From Candidatus Iainarchaeum sp. (GTDB lineage Archaea; Iainarchaeota; Iainarchaeia; Iainarchaeales; JAZDFD01): a stretch of 64,000 bases of DNA. The notes beneath the pieces are model-generated. The model did not search any database, was not told where the DNA came from, and saw only the letters and a program-made list of their open reading frames with translations. Of the stretch, positions 18,224 through 27,224 are shown piece after piece; the first letter of the stretch is position 1, and each line of letters begins with the position of its first letter. Both the position numbers and the translations under genes were made by a program. The DNA lies in the NCBI GenBank assembly GCA_043808155.1, contig JAZDFD010000016.1, forward strand, positions 7,604 through 71,603. The letters are read 5' to 3'.

Positions 18224-19269
18224 TTTCCACCACCCAATTTACTATGTTTTGGTTCAAATTTAAGAAAAATTTCTCTGCCTGATGCTGCAGATTCGTAAAG
18301 TGCATTTATCAGTTCAATTGATTTTCTTGCCTCATTGCCGTCAATAACTGCTTTTTTATCATGCAAAATGCAGTCTACAACATTTTCAAAGAACTTTGCG
18401 TGATTGTATGCAAAAACATTTGGATTTTGTTTAAAATCTTCGTCAATTTTATATGCTCCGTCTTCAAATTGCCAGATATCTAATTTATCTGCTGAAAACC
18501 CCCCGACAATAACTGTTCCGCCTTCGCCCAAGACGCTTATTGAACCCTCCAGATCTTTTGGACGTGTTGCAGTTGTGGCTTCTATTATTCCCAGTGCGCC
18601 ATTTGAAAATTTTATTATTGCAACTGCAGTGTCGTCTGCTTCGATGTCTGCTAAGCGCGTTGCAGTTTTGCACATAACACTTTCTATGTCACCCATTAAC
18701 CACTGAAGTAAATCAATGTGATGATTTGCCTGATTTGAAATAACTCCGCCATCCATTGCCCATGTCCCACGCCAGTCAACTGCATCATAATAATCCTGTT
18801 TTCTTGTCCATCTCATTCTTGCAGTCGCAATTACAAATTTTTTGAATTTACCCGAATCTATTGCTTCTTTAAGTTTTACAATTGGTTTGTTAAATCTGTT
18901 TTGTTTAACTTCAAAAAGTTTGACATTATTTTTTTTACAGGCCGCTATTACTTTGTCTGCATCTTTTAATGTCAGGGCCATTGGTTTTTCAACAACAACG
19001 TGTTTTCCTGCATTTGCAGAGTCTACTGCAGGTTCCCAGTGCAGTCCGCTTGGTGTAATTATACTTACTGCATCAATATCTGCTTTTTCCAGCATTTCTT
19101 TGTATGATGCAAACCATGGTACATTGTTCTCTTTTCCTGTTTTTTCTGCCAGTTCTTTTTTCAGGTCGCAAACTGCTGTGAGTTCCGCATTTTGAGTATT
19201 TTTTATGGCTGTAATGTGCTTTTTGCTGATTTTTCCGCAGCCAATCAATCCAAATCTTACTGTTTTCAT
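18220..19269 (-). CDS. Gfo/Idh/MocA-family NAD-dependent sugar oxidoreductase, WbpB-like
   Basis: N-terminal Rossmann motif VRFGLIGCGKISKKH. There is a 4-nt overlap with the aminotransferase gene. Confidence 0.85.
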   Translation of the reverse strand: MKTVRFGLIGCGKISKKHITAIKNTQNAELTAVCDLKKELAEKTGKENNVPWFASYKEMLEKADIDAVSIITPSGLHWEPAVDSANAGKHVVVEKPMALTLKDADKVIAACKKNNVKLFEVKQNRFNKPIVKLKEAIDSGKFKKFVIATARMRWTRKQDYYDAVDWRGTWAMDGGVISNQANHHIDLLQWLMGDIESVMCKTATRLADIEADDTAVAIIKFSNGALGIIEATTATRPKDLEGSISVLGEGGTVIVGGFSADKLDIWQFEDGAYKIDEDFKQNPNVFAYNHAKFFENVVDCILHDKKAVIDGNEARKSIELINALYESAASGREIFLKFEPKHSKLGGGK

Positions 19270-19311
19270 GCTAACAACTCAAATGTGCTATAAACCTCTT
19301 TTAAATGTTTT

Positions 19312-20538
19312 TTAGGCTTTAGAAGCTATTTTATAGGCTTCTAAAAAATCATCTGCTACTTTTGCATATGTGAATTTTTCAGTTATTGTTTTTCTGGCAT
19401 TCTGTTCTAATTTCTTTCTAAAATCGTCTTTTGTTAGTATTTTCTCAAGCGCTGCTGAAAGTTCCTTCACATCTCCTGTTTTGTAAATTATTCCATTTTC
19501 ATTGTTTTTTATGGCTTCAAATGCACCTGGAATATCTGAAGATATGACTGCTTTTCCTGAAGCCATTGCCTCAAGAACTATATTTGAAATCCCTAAATTT
19601 GGGGCTGAAGCTGACACAAAAACATCTGAGTCTGACATCATTTTGGAAAGTTTTTCATGTGAAACATTTCCTTCAAAATGTACTTTTTTTTCAAGGCCTA
19701 GTTTTTTTGCAAGTTTTTTCAGGTTTTTTTCTTCTGCACCATCACCTGCCAGTGAAAATTCTGTATCAATTCCTTTTTTCTGTAAAATACTCATTGCATT
19801 GATTATATCATCAAACTTTTTCCATTTCTCAAATCTTCCACCGCTTACAATTTGTTTAATCTGCTTTTGTTTTTTTGTAGTGGGTTTGAATTTTTCTGCG
19901 TCAACCCCGTAATGTGTTTTGAATATTTTTTTTTCATTTACTTTTTGTTTTATTAGTAATGATTTACCGTGTTTTGTTGTTGGAAGAATTAAATGGAAAA
20001 TTTTAAAGTAAAGTTTTTGAATTTTGAGTGCTAGTTTTATACTTGCAGAATTTAATTTCCAGCTTTCTTCAATTCCCTGCTCTGCTGAAAAACCTTTTAT
20101 TTTTGACCGTGTTGCAATTTCATATGCTAAGTCTCCGCAGTAACGTAAAAGAAATTTTTTTCTTAGTAATAATGGTCGGGATAATAAACATGTGACTGCA
20201 CCAAAAGAAAGATCCATTGCATGCACAATTTTTACTTTGTGTTTAAATGAAACATAACTGAGAGTTAGTGCTCCTAAAATGCCTGCGATTACCCATGTAA
20301 TAACATTGTTTTTATGAGGATTGAAAAAAGGTGCATTTGCTCTGTAAACATTCATTCCGTCTATTACCTCAAAAGATTTGCTTTTTGTAGTGTTTAATGT
20401 GACAACAGATATGTTGTGTCCGCGTTTAACAAGTTCCTTACCTGTGTAAAAAACTACTGAGGGTACGCCTCCAACTTCAGGAGGAAAACCACGTGTAACA
20501 AAACATATATTCAAAAAAGCACACCTTTCAAAACTCAA
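19312..20538 (-). CDS. Glycosyltransferase family 4 (GT-B)
   Basis: N-terminal FVTRGFPPEVGGVPSVV and C-terminal LEAMASGKAVISSDIPGAFEAI..NGIIY motifs. Confidence 0.8.
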   Translation of the reverse strand: MSFERCAFLNICFVTRGFPPEVGGVPSVVFYTGKELVKRGHNISVVTLNTTKSKSFEVIDGMNVYRANAPFFNPHKNNVITWVIAGILGALTLSYVSFKHKVKIVHAMDLSFGAVTCLLSRPLLLRKKFLLRYCGDLAYEIATRSKIKGFSAEQGIEESWKLNSASIKLALKIQKLYFKIFHLILPTTKHGKSLLIKQKVNEKKIFKTHYGVDAEKFKPTTKKQKQIKQIVSGGRFEKWKKFDDIINAMSILQKKGIDTEFSLAGDGAEEKNLKKLAKKLGLEKKVHFEGNVSHEKLSKMMSDSDVFVSASAPNLGISNIVLEAMASGKAVISSDIPGAFEAIKNNENGIIYKTGDVKELSAALEKILTKDDFRKKLEQNARKTITEKFTYAKVADDFLEAYKIASKA

Positions 20539-20649
20539 ACAAGCAATTTATTTGCCACTTAATATATATTATATATTCGGATTATTAAAAGAAGTTTGGT
20601 ACAATTCTCAAAATTGCTGCATTCTCTATAAGTGGTGCAAATCTCAAAA

Positions 20650-21390
20650 TCATTCAAATCGATATACTCTGAGCAGATTTTTTGCATTTCTCAGCATTAT
20701 TGGCAGAATAAGGTTGATTTTGTATTTCCATCTGAGATGAAGTTTTCTGTCTTTTTTTTCAATAAATTTTGCACCAATGCCTGAAAGCATTTCTTCAAGT
20801 TCTTTTTCTGTTAGGAATGATACAATTATATATTTGTGCACATAAAGGAAAGGAATACTTATGTTCCATTTGAAACAGATTTTTGTTACGTTGAAGATTA
20901 ATTTTGAAGTGAATTTTGAACCCATTACTTCCTCATAAAACATCAAATACGCTTTTGGTTTAGCAACGCGTTTAATTTCTTTTAGTGCTTTAACTGCAAC
21001 CTTCTTTGAGTCCTCTTGCGTGTCTCTTACAATGTGATGCAGAAGGTCTTTGAAAATCACGACATCAAAAGAATTATTTTCAAATGGCAGATTCAACACA
21101 TCGCCCTTCTGAAAATTAATCTCCGGGTTTTGTCTTTTTTTTGCTTCATTTATTAATTTTTCAGTTAAATCAATTCCGTAAAGTTTTGTTTTGGGATATC
21201 TTTTTTTTATACTTCCTAAAAGATAGCCTGAGCCACAGCCTACGTCAAGCACGCGTTCATTTCCTTTAAATGCAGTTTCTAAAAAGGGCAGAAACGGATT
21301 AAGTTTCTCTTCATTTAATTCTGCTTCACGTTTTGAATAATGATTACTTCTGTGTTCAAAATGCTTCTCAACTGAGTCCTTAACTTTCAA
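20650..21390 (-). CDS. Class I SAM-dependent methyltransferase
   Basis: Motif I VLDVGCGSGYLL and the post-I region YGIDLTEKLI. Confidence 0.8.
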   Translation of the reverse strand: MKVKDSVEKHFEHRSNHYSKREAELNEEKLNPFLPFLETAFKGNERVLDVGCGSGYLLGSIKKRYPKTKLYGIDLTEKLINEAKKRQNPEINFQKGDVLNLPFENNSFDVVIFKDLLHHIVRDTQEDSKKVAVKALKEIKRVAKPKAYLMFYEEVMGSKFTSKLIFNVTKICFKWNISIPFLYVHKYIIVSFLTEKELEEMLSGIGAKFIEKKDRKLHLRWKYKINLILPIMLRNAKNLLRVYRFE

Positions 21391-21451
21391 TTAAACCACA
21401 ATATACTTTTGAGTCATCATCTTTTATATTTGCTCTTTAATGGGTCTGAGG

Positions 21452-21539
21452 GTATTCTTTTTAACGGAAGTCACACCATTCCACTATTCAGATATTTGAC
21501 GTATTCTTTTTACCGGAAGTTTGCATTCTTCCACTATTC
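21452..21539. repeat. Imperfect 38-39 bp tandem duplication (period 49 bp) spanning the 3' end of the DTD2 gene
   Basis: gtattctttttaacggaagtcacaccattccactattc (21452-21489) versus gtattctttttaccggaagtttgcattcttccactattc (21501-21539). The gene's TAG stop lies in the distal copy. Confidence 0.7.
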
Positions 21540-22326
21540 GCATAATTCTTTCTTTTTCAGTTCCTAAGCCTTTGTAATCCAACACGATTTCCTGGACAGG
21601 CTCTAAACTAGACTTGATTGCTTTTTGTAACATCACTTCATCAAAATTTTCAAGTGCATATTTTGGGCAAATATGTCCTATCGCATAATTTGTTTTCAGC
21701 ATTAGTTTTGTAAATTCTTTATGGTAATGCGGTCCGCCAATCCCAATTGCAGTTTTGTAATTTCCTATTTTTGTTTCGTGAATATTAGTTTCAAGTATAT
21801 TAGTTTCATGCATAATTGTTTCTGCAATTGCAAGTGCTGCGTTTTCATCTGTCCACTCGGTTTCAGAACTCCCCACCTCAATGTAAATTGATGGTTTTGT
21901 AAGAAATGCTCCGTGGTGTGTTACCTCTGCAATCACTTCGTAATTAAGTGAATTTTTTTCTTTTTGTTTCTGCAATCCCACTAAATAATTTTTCACAAGA
22001 GAAGGCACTGCGGGAACTAATGTTCTTGGTTTCCCGCCCATTTCAGCAGTATTTCCCCAGTTACCAATGCAGTGTGTAGTTAATGATGGTGTACCTTTCT
22101 CAGAAGAATGGCGCGATGCGAAAATTAAAATTTCTTCTCCCAATTCATCCAAATAGTCTGCGTAAATCTGCAAATCATTTATTGTGTAAAGGTTGAAATT
22201 TTCAAAAGTGTAAATTTCATTATTCTTGTACTGTTTGTCAGTTTCTTTAAAATCAAAGTTGCCCAAAAGCTGTTTTTTTATTGCAAGACCTGCAGTATCT
22301 ACTGTGGAAACAATTATCGCATACAC
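21484..22326 (-). CDS. dtdA: D-aminoacyl-tRNA deacylase, archaeal type (DTD2)
   Basis: MYAIIVSTVDTAGLAIKKQL start, and FASRHSSEKGTPSLTTHCIGNW and GIGGPHY segments characteristic of the archaeal tRNA_deacylase family. Confidence 0.8.
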   Translation of the reverse strand: MYAIIVSTVDTAGLAIKKQLLGNFDFKETDKQYKNNEIYTFENFNLYTINDLQIYADYLDELGEEILIFASRHSSEKGTPSLTTHCIGNWGNTAEMGGKPRTLVPAVPSLVKNYLVGLQKQKEKNSLNYEVIAEVTHHGAFLTKPSIYIEVGSSETEWTDENAALAIAETIMHETNILETNIHETKIGNYKTAIGIGGPHYHKEFTKLMLKTNYAIGHICPKYALENFDEVMLQKAIKSSLEPVQEIVLDYKGLGTEKERIMRIVEECKLPVKRIRQISE

Positions 22327-22335
22327 GTTAATCAG

Positions 22336-22824
22336 CTATGCTTCTCTTTGTTTATAGTTTTCTGAAAGTTTAATCATCACTTCTTCAATTGAATTGAGTG
22401 ATTCATTAATCGGTGTTTTAACCCAGTGGGAAAAACTTTCTTTCAAATTATTTGGTTCTGTTGTTGGGTTGTTGTTCAGGTAGTATCTGTTCCTTTTTCT
22501 TAGAATCAGATTCACATTCATCAGTCTGTTCAAATGATAGCGTGTGAGTTTTTCTGAGATATTTTTGTTGGTTTTATCAAGCACAAATGTCTGGATTTCC
22601 TTAGTTGTGGGATTGTGCTGTTTTGTAAGCAAGAAATAAAATAAACCATCAAGTACGTCCAGCACAGTTGCTCTTGATTCCTGTTCCGAAATAAGCCCAA
22701 ACGAAAGCGCAAACCATCTCAGCATTGAACGCTTAGTCATCTGTACAGAGGGGGGAAGATCCATTTTTCTAATAGTAAATGTATTTCTTACAAGTTCTGA
22801 TTCTGGAAATGAAACTTTTGGCAT
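22336..22824 (-). CDS. Hypothetical protein, possible winged-helix DNA-binding regulator
   Basis: A 162-aa ORF. The central segment VLDVLDGLFYFLLTKQHNPTTKEIQTFV...LTRYHLNRLMNVNLILRK looks wHTH-like. Assignment is weak. Confidence 0.4.
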   Translation of the reverse strand: MPKVSFPESELVRNTFTIRKMDLPPSVQMTKRSMLRWFALSFGLISEQESRATVLDVLDGLFYFLLTKQHNPTTKEIQTFVLDKTNKNISEKLTRYHLNRLMNVNLILRKRNRYYLNNNPTTEPNNLKESFSHWVKTPINESLNSIEEVMIKLSENYKQREA

Positions 22825-23029
22825 TTGATCATCTCTTCTACATAATACTTCTACTAATATTTAGGAAACACTTTTTTTCCTTTGGACATATATTATTTGC
22901 AAAGTAGTATATAATTGTTTTTAGTGTCCATTAGGTTTTGATTAATTAGTTATGTTTGCTTAAATTTCAGGAAAGGTTTTTAGAAACAATTGCATGAAAA
23001 TAAATATTACGAAATAAATTTCGGGGAGC

Positions 23030-23395
23030 GTGGATAATATGGTCAAGGTTATGTCAAATTTCACACCTTTAAGAATGAAACTTTCAAGAAGGACACCAGT
23101 ACAGTTATATGTTGAGGTTTCAAATGACGAAGCTGAAAACAAAATGGTTTCATTGTACATTAATTTAAGCAAAGATATCAGTTTTGAAAAGGGCGGGTTC
23201 AAAACAGATACTGTTGAAAGACTGTCTTCATTAAAGCCAGGTGAAACCAAACGATTCTATTATGAGTTACACCCCAAACCACATCTTAATTATGGTGAAC
23301 ACAATGTGAAAGTTACTCTTTTAGATCATTATATTTCGTTTGATAACGTTAAAAATGAAAAAATAAGAAATATGTCTTTAATGGTTGAGGAATAA
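23030..23395 (+). CDS. Hypothetical small beta-rich protein
   Basis: A 121-aa ORF. GGAG lies upstream of the internal ATG at 23039, which is the more likely start. No recognisable motif. Confidence 0.4.
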   Translation: MDNMVKVMSNFTPLRMKLSRRTPVQLYVEVSNDEAENKMVSLYINLSKDISFEKGGFKTDTVERLSSLKPGETKRFYYELHPKPHLNYGEHNVKVTLLDHYISFDNVKNEKIRNMSLMVEE

Positions 23396-23400
23396 TTCAT

Positions 23401-24282
23401 TTATTTCTCTTCCAAATAAAGCTCTGCTTTGTCAATTAGTACATTCCATAATCGTACTGTAAAGTTTCCCCGTTCCCAGTCGTCTTTTAATGGAATTTCA
23501 AGCCAGCCTTCAAAATCTTTTTCAATTTCCTCTGCAGATTTGCATTCAGAAGGTATGGTTGTGTCTTTGCAGATTGAATTGTCTTTATAGAAATAATACA
23601 AATCATAGTGATATCTGTTGTCCTTTCTGTATGCGCCTTGTTTTACAAATAATCTGAGAGTTGCATCATAATTATCCGAATCATACTCTGAAGTATCAAA
23701 TTCAAGTGCTAATGAATCAAAATATTTGCCTGATGTTGACGTTAAGAAATATTCTCTTGGGACGGTTCCGCATGGTTCTTTGCTTGAGCAGTTTGGTGCG
23801 AAAATGTCATCTAATTCAGAAACATCATCTAAAACATCAAATTCTTTAGTTCCTGTTCCGTCCTGATCCTGGATTGCTTCTGCTTTTACGGGTTCTAATG
23901 TGATTTTATTATTTGTGATATTTTGGTTTCCAGTATTTTCTGAATTTTTATTTGAAGCAAAATTGTCAATAGAAAGATATTCTCCAGAAAATAATCCTGT
24001 TATTTGTGAATCATTTGCCTGCGCATTCAAATTAAGAGCAAACACAAGAACCCCAATCATGGTCAATGCGAGTGCGAGAAGTAAAAATGATGAAACAAGT
24101 CCTTGTCCTGAATCAATGGACTCTTTTTTCTTATCTATTTGACCTTTTGAACCTGCAATTTGACCCTTAGATGAATCAATGGATCCTTTAGAAGAATTAA
24201 TCTGTCCGTCTGAACCTGCAATTTGACCCTTAGATGAATCAATCTGTCCTTTAAATTTACTAGGTTTAGTTCCTTCTCCCAT
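23401..24282 (-). CDS. Membrane-anchored protein with N-terminal (S/K)GQI repeat region
   Basis: N-terminus KGQIDSSKGQIAGSDGQINSSKGSIDSSKGQIAGSKGQIDKKK, then a TM helix LVSSFLLLALALTMIGVLVFAL and an extracytoplasmic domain. Confidence 0.5.
   Translation of the reverse strand: MGEGTKPSKFKGQIDSSKGQIAGSDGQINSSKGSIDSSKGQIAGSKGQIDKKKESIDSGQGLVSSFLLLALALTMIGVLVFALNLNAQANDSQITGLFSGEYLSIDNFASNKNSENTGNQNITNNKITLEPVKAEAIQDQDGTGTKEFDVLDDVSELDDIFAPNCSSKEPCGTVPREYFLTSTSGKYFDSLALEFDTSEYDSDNYDATLRLFVKQGAYRKDNRYHYDLYYFYKDNSICKDTTIPSECKSAEEIEKDFEGWLEIPLKDDWERGNFTVRLWNVLIDKAELYLEEK
24149..24243. repeat. 63-bp period direct repeat inside the 5' part of the 23401-24282 gene
   Basis: gaacctgcaatttgacccttagatgaatcaat occurs identically at 24149-24180 and 24212-24243. 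Confidence 0.85.
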
Positions 24283-24311
24283 ATCAAATTTGCATCTAAC
24301 CAGTATATATA

Positions 24312-24322
24312 TGTTATGTATA
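24312..24322 (+). promoter_or_regulatory. TGTTATGTATA motif copy upstream of the radical SAM gene
   Basis: Exact tgttatgtata about 120 nt upstream of the TTG start at 24441. Confidence 0.35.
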
Positions 24323-24440
24323 CCTTATTTTCACACGCTTTCTTGGACGGATTCAAATTCCATTACAAAATTACATTTTTTTCACATGTCTGTCAATAGA
24401 ATTTTAAGGATACCTCCTAATGATTATTTAGTGATTTTTT

Positions 24441-25853
24441 TTGAATCAAAGAGTATTGCTAATTTATCCAACTTATAAAATTTTGATGGTTGCAGATGAT
24501 GTTGTAAGTGCACCTGTAGTCGCACCTAATCTTGGTTTAGCATATGTAGCTGCATCTCTGGAACAGAATAACATTCCTGTGGACCTTCTTGATGCAAATT
24601 CTTTACAATCTACATTACCTGAAATACTTGACAAAGTTCGGGAATTTAACCCTACTATTATCGGTCTGGGATGTATAACACCTACTGCAAAAATTTGTGT
24701 AGAACTTACAAAAAGACTGAAAGAATCCTTTCCAAACATAAAAATTGTTATTGGCGGGGTTCATGCTTATTTTAAAGCAGATGAACTTATTCAGGAAAAA
24801 ACTATTGATTTTGTTATTAGAGGAGAAGGGGAGTACGTTTTCCCTCAACTAGTAAACGCTCTTGATAAAAAAATGCCACTTGGCGGTGTTAAAGGACTTG
24901 TTTACAAATCCGGGGGTAAAGTGTTTGATAATGGTTTTGCAGATAGAATAATCGATTTGGATAAATTACCATTTCCAGCGAGACATTTACTACCAAATGA
25001 ACTTTACAGTTCTCCTGGTTTGATAAAAGTCGGAGGAAAACCATTTGGGAGTATGATAACTTCAAGGGGCTGCCCCTTTTCATGTAATTATTGTGCTTCA
25101 GCAGAATTATGGAAAAGAAAAGTAACATTTCATTCTGCAGATTACGTGTTAAAAGAATTAGATCAAATGGTTGAAACTCTCAAAATAAAATATTTGCATT
25201 TTTATGATGACACATTTAGTGTTAGACCTGACCGTGTTATGGACATCTGTAATGGGATGATTGACAGAGATTATAATTTGAAATGGGCAATTGAATTGAG
25301 AGTAAAAGGCGTAGATGAAAAAATGCTTGAAAAGTTAAAAGAAGCTGGCTGCGTAGGACTTTACTTTGGAATTGAGTTTGGTTCACAAAGAATTCTTGAT
25401 CTTACAGAAAAAGGAATTACTATTGAAGATATTAAAAAAATGATGACATTAGTTGACAAAGTTGGCGGTTTTAATGTACAGGGATTTTTTATGATGGGTT
25501 ATCCAACTGAAACAAAAGAAGAAATATTGCAAAGTATTGAACTTGCAAAGAGTTTGAATTTCCACAGTATTGGATTTTCTATAGTGACTCCTTTTCCTGG
25601 TACACATCTTTATGATTATTGTGAAAAAAATAATTTGCTTGTTTCAAAAGATTGGAATAAATATAATCTTAAAGTCCCCAGAATGCTTATTAAAAATCCA
25701 AATTATACTGAAGAAGAACTAAAAGCCCTTTTTTCAAAAGGTTATCATGATTTTTATATAAGACCATCTTACATTGCCAAAATGATTGCATCAATCAGAA
25801 CAATAGATGAAGCAAAATACTATTTCTCACAGGGCATGAGAATGATAAAATAA
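24441..25853 (+). CDS. B12-binding-domain radical SAM enzyme
   Basis: N-terminal cobalamin-binding-like domain (RVLLIYPTYK...IVIGGVHA) and the radical SAM cluster motif SRGCPFSCNYCAS. Confidence 0.85.
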   Translation: MNQRVLLIYPTYKILMVADDVVSAPVVAPNLGLAYVAASLEQNNIPVDLLDANSLQSTLPEILDKVREFNPTIIGLGCITPTAKICVELTKRLKESFPNIKIVIGGVHAYFKADELIQEKTIDFVIRGEGEYVFPQLVNALDKKMPLGGVKGLVYKSGGKVFDNGFADRIIDLDKLPFPARHLLPNELYSSPGLIKVGGKPFGSMITSRGCPFSCNYCASAELWKRKVTFHSADYVLKELDQMVETLKIKYLHFYDDTFSVRPDRVMDICNGMIDRDYNLKWAIELRVKGVDEKMLEKLKEAGCVGLYFGIEFGSQRILDLTEKGITIEDIKKMMTLVDKVGGFNVQGFFMMGYPTETKEEILQSIELAKSLNFHSIGFSIVTPFPGTHLYDYCEKNNLLVSKDWNKYNLKVPRMLIKNPNYTEEELKALFSKGYHDFYIRPSYIAKMIASIRTIDEAKYYFSQGMRMIK

Positions 25854-25862
25854 ATACACAAA

Positions 25863-26450
25863 TTATTGGACACTATTTTTCCATTCCTTAATTTTATGTT
25901 CCAATTCCAGTTGTTTAGCTGCAAGTTTATCAATTTTGCTTTCCATAGGTTTTTCAGAGTATTCTGCAGCTTTTCCTAAATACTGTTTAATTTTTTCAAA
26001 ATTGTCCTCAAAAGGAAAATTGCAAGCTTTTTGTGCTATTGCAAGATCTGCTAAAGTTTCCGCAACTTCAATGTGCAACTCATACATCCTATCTTTTTTT
26101 GCTTTTGGACTTTCATACAATAAAATATGATGTTCTGCCATTTCTGAACTGTTTCTAAACATTTTCAAAGCTGATGGGTAATCCCCTATTTTCATGTAAT
26201 GCAAACCTGATTTTCTAAAATGTTCAGCAGACTCTTTAAGCAACTCTAAATTAGTCTGATGACCCCCTCTTGCAAACCAAACATCATGTAGCAATTCGCC
26301 ACTTGCCCTGTAATGTATTGCAGCACTATGAGAATCATTATGTTGAGGCAGTTCTGCAATGTGCGCTTTGCTTGCATATTCTGTTGCATGATTTAGTGCA
26401 AGTTTACAGTGTTTAGCGGACCTTTCCATCGGACATCTACTTATTATCAT
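25863..26450 (-). CDS. Hypothetical helical, His-rich protein
   Basis: A 195-aa ORF with a helical-repeat appearance and no diagnostic motif. Confidence 0.4.
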   Translation of the reverse strand: MIISRCPMERSAKHCKLALNHATEYASKAHIAELPQHNDSHSAAIHYRASGELLHDVWFARGGHQTNLELLKESAEHFRKSGLHYMKIGDYPSALKMFRNSSEMAEHHILLYESPKAKKDRMYELHIEVAETLADLAIAQKACNFPFEDNFEKIKQYLGKAAEYSEKPMESKIDKLAAKQLELEHKIKEWKNSVQ

Positions 26451-26502
26451 AAAATCACCATTACAATTATTGCACTACTCTTAATTTAATTATGGTTCGA
26501 TA

Positions 26503-26529
26503 GTTATGTATACTAATCTTATACATAAC
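26503..26529. promoter_or_regulatory. Perfect inverted pair of the GTTATGTATA motif between divergent genes (candidate bidirectional promoter/operator)
   Basis: gttatgtata-ctaatct-tatacataac lies between the minus-strand start at 26450 and the plus-strand start at 26576. Confidence 0.5.
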
Positions 26530-26575
26530 AAACACCTCAAATAACCTTAAATTCCTTCTGTTTTATGATATTTTA

Positions 26576-26929
26576 ATGGATATTGACGGTACTGTGAATG
26601 AGCTCTGGAAAAAGGGCTATAACTGCGCTGAATGCGTATTTATGGTACTTTCAAATGAGCTTAATTTTGAGCTATCTCCGCAAATACTGAAAATGGCTAA
26701 AATCATGGGTTCTGGCTACTATTCAGGCTGTATCTGCGGCAGCCTTTCTGCCTCAATTTCCTTCTGTGCGATTTACAAAGAACCAGATTCAAAATTGGCA
26801 AAAACATTGTATGGCAAGTTCACGGAAAAGTTTGGCGCGAGTTGCTGTCGTGTGATTAGAAAGCAATGTTCGTGCACTGACAAAATCACATTCTCAATAA
26901 ACTCTGTTTTGGAAGAACTGCAGAAATAG
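26576..26929 (+). CDS. C_GCAxxG_C_C-family putative redox protein
   Basis: GYNCAECVFMVL near the N-terminus and later Cys pairs (GCICGS, ASCCRV). Confidence 0.7.
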   Translation: MDIDGTVNELWKKGYNCAECVFMVLSNELNFELSPQILKMAKIMGSGYYSGCICGSLSASISFCAIYKEPDSKLAKTLYGKFTEKFGASCCRVIRKQCSCTDKITFSINSVLEELQK

Positions 26930-27224
26930 CACAATTCCTCTGTCTTCTACATAACATTATTCTCGCCATTTCACGCCACTTTTGATTATTCCACACCACT
27001 TCTCAAAATGTCCAGAATACGCCTCTAGGGGCTGTTTTAGAAAAAGTGCATTTTTTAAGGTTTTGTGAAAATCCACGAAGGAATTTTGCGGTATAAGATA
27101 GATTATATCGCATTTGGGCTGTTTTTTGAAGCATTTTTATGCCAATACTGCCATTTCAAGTGGATGCGTGGGGGTTAGTTGGTCAGATGACTGAGTGCGA
27201 TATTTGAAGAGAAGTAGAGTTGTT

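Noticed and set aside
22838-22846. Using the attatgtag copy upstream of the 22336-22824 gene as proof that the TTATGTA motif is a TATA box.
   Set aside because: It lies only 14-22 nt from the annotated ATG. That is too close for a standard archaeal TATA-to-TSS distance unless the true start is a downstream Met. The copy is therefore ambiguous and I did not use it as evidence.
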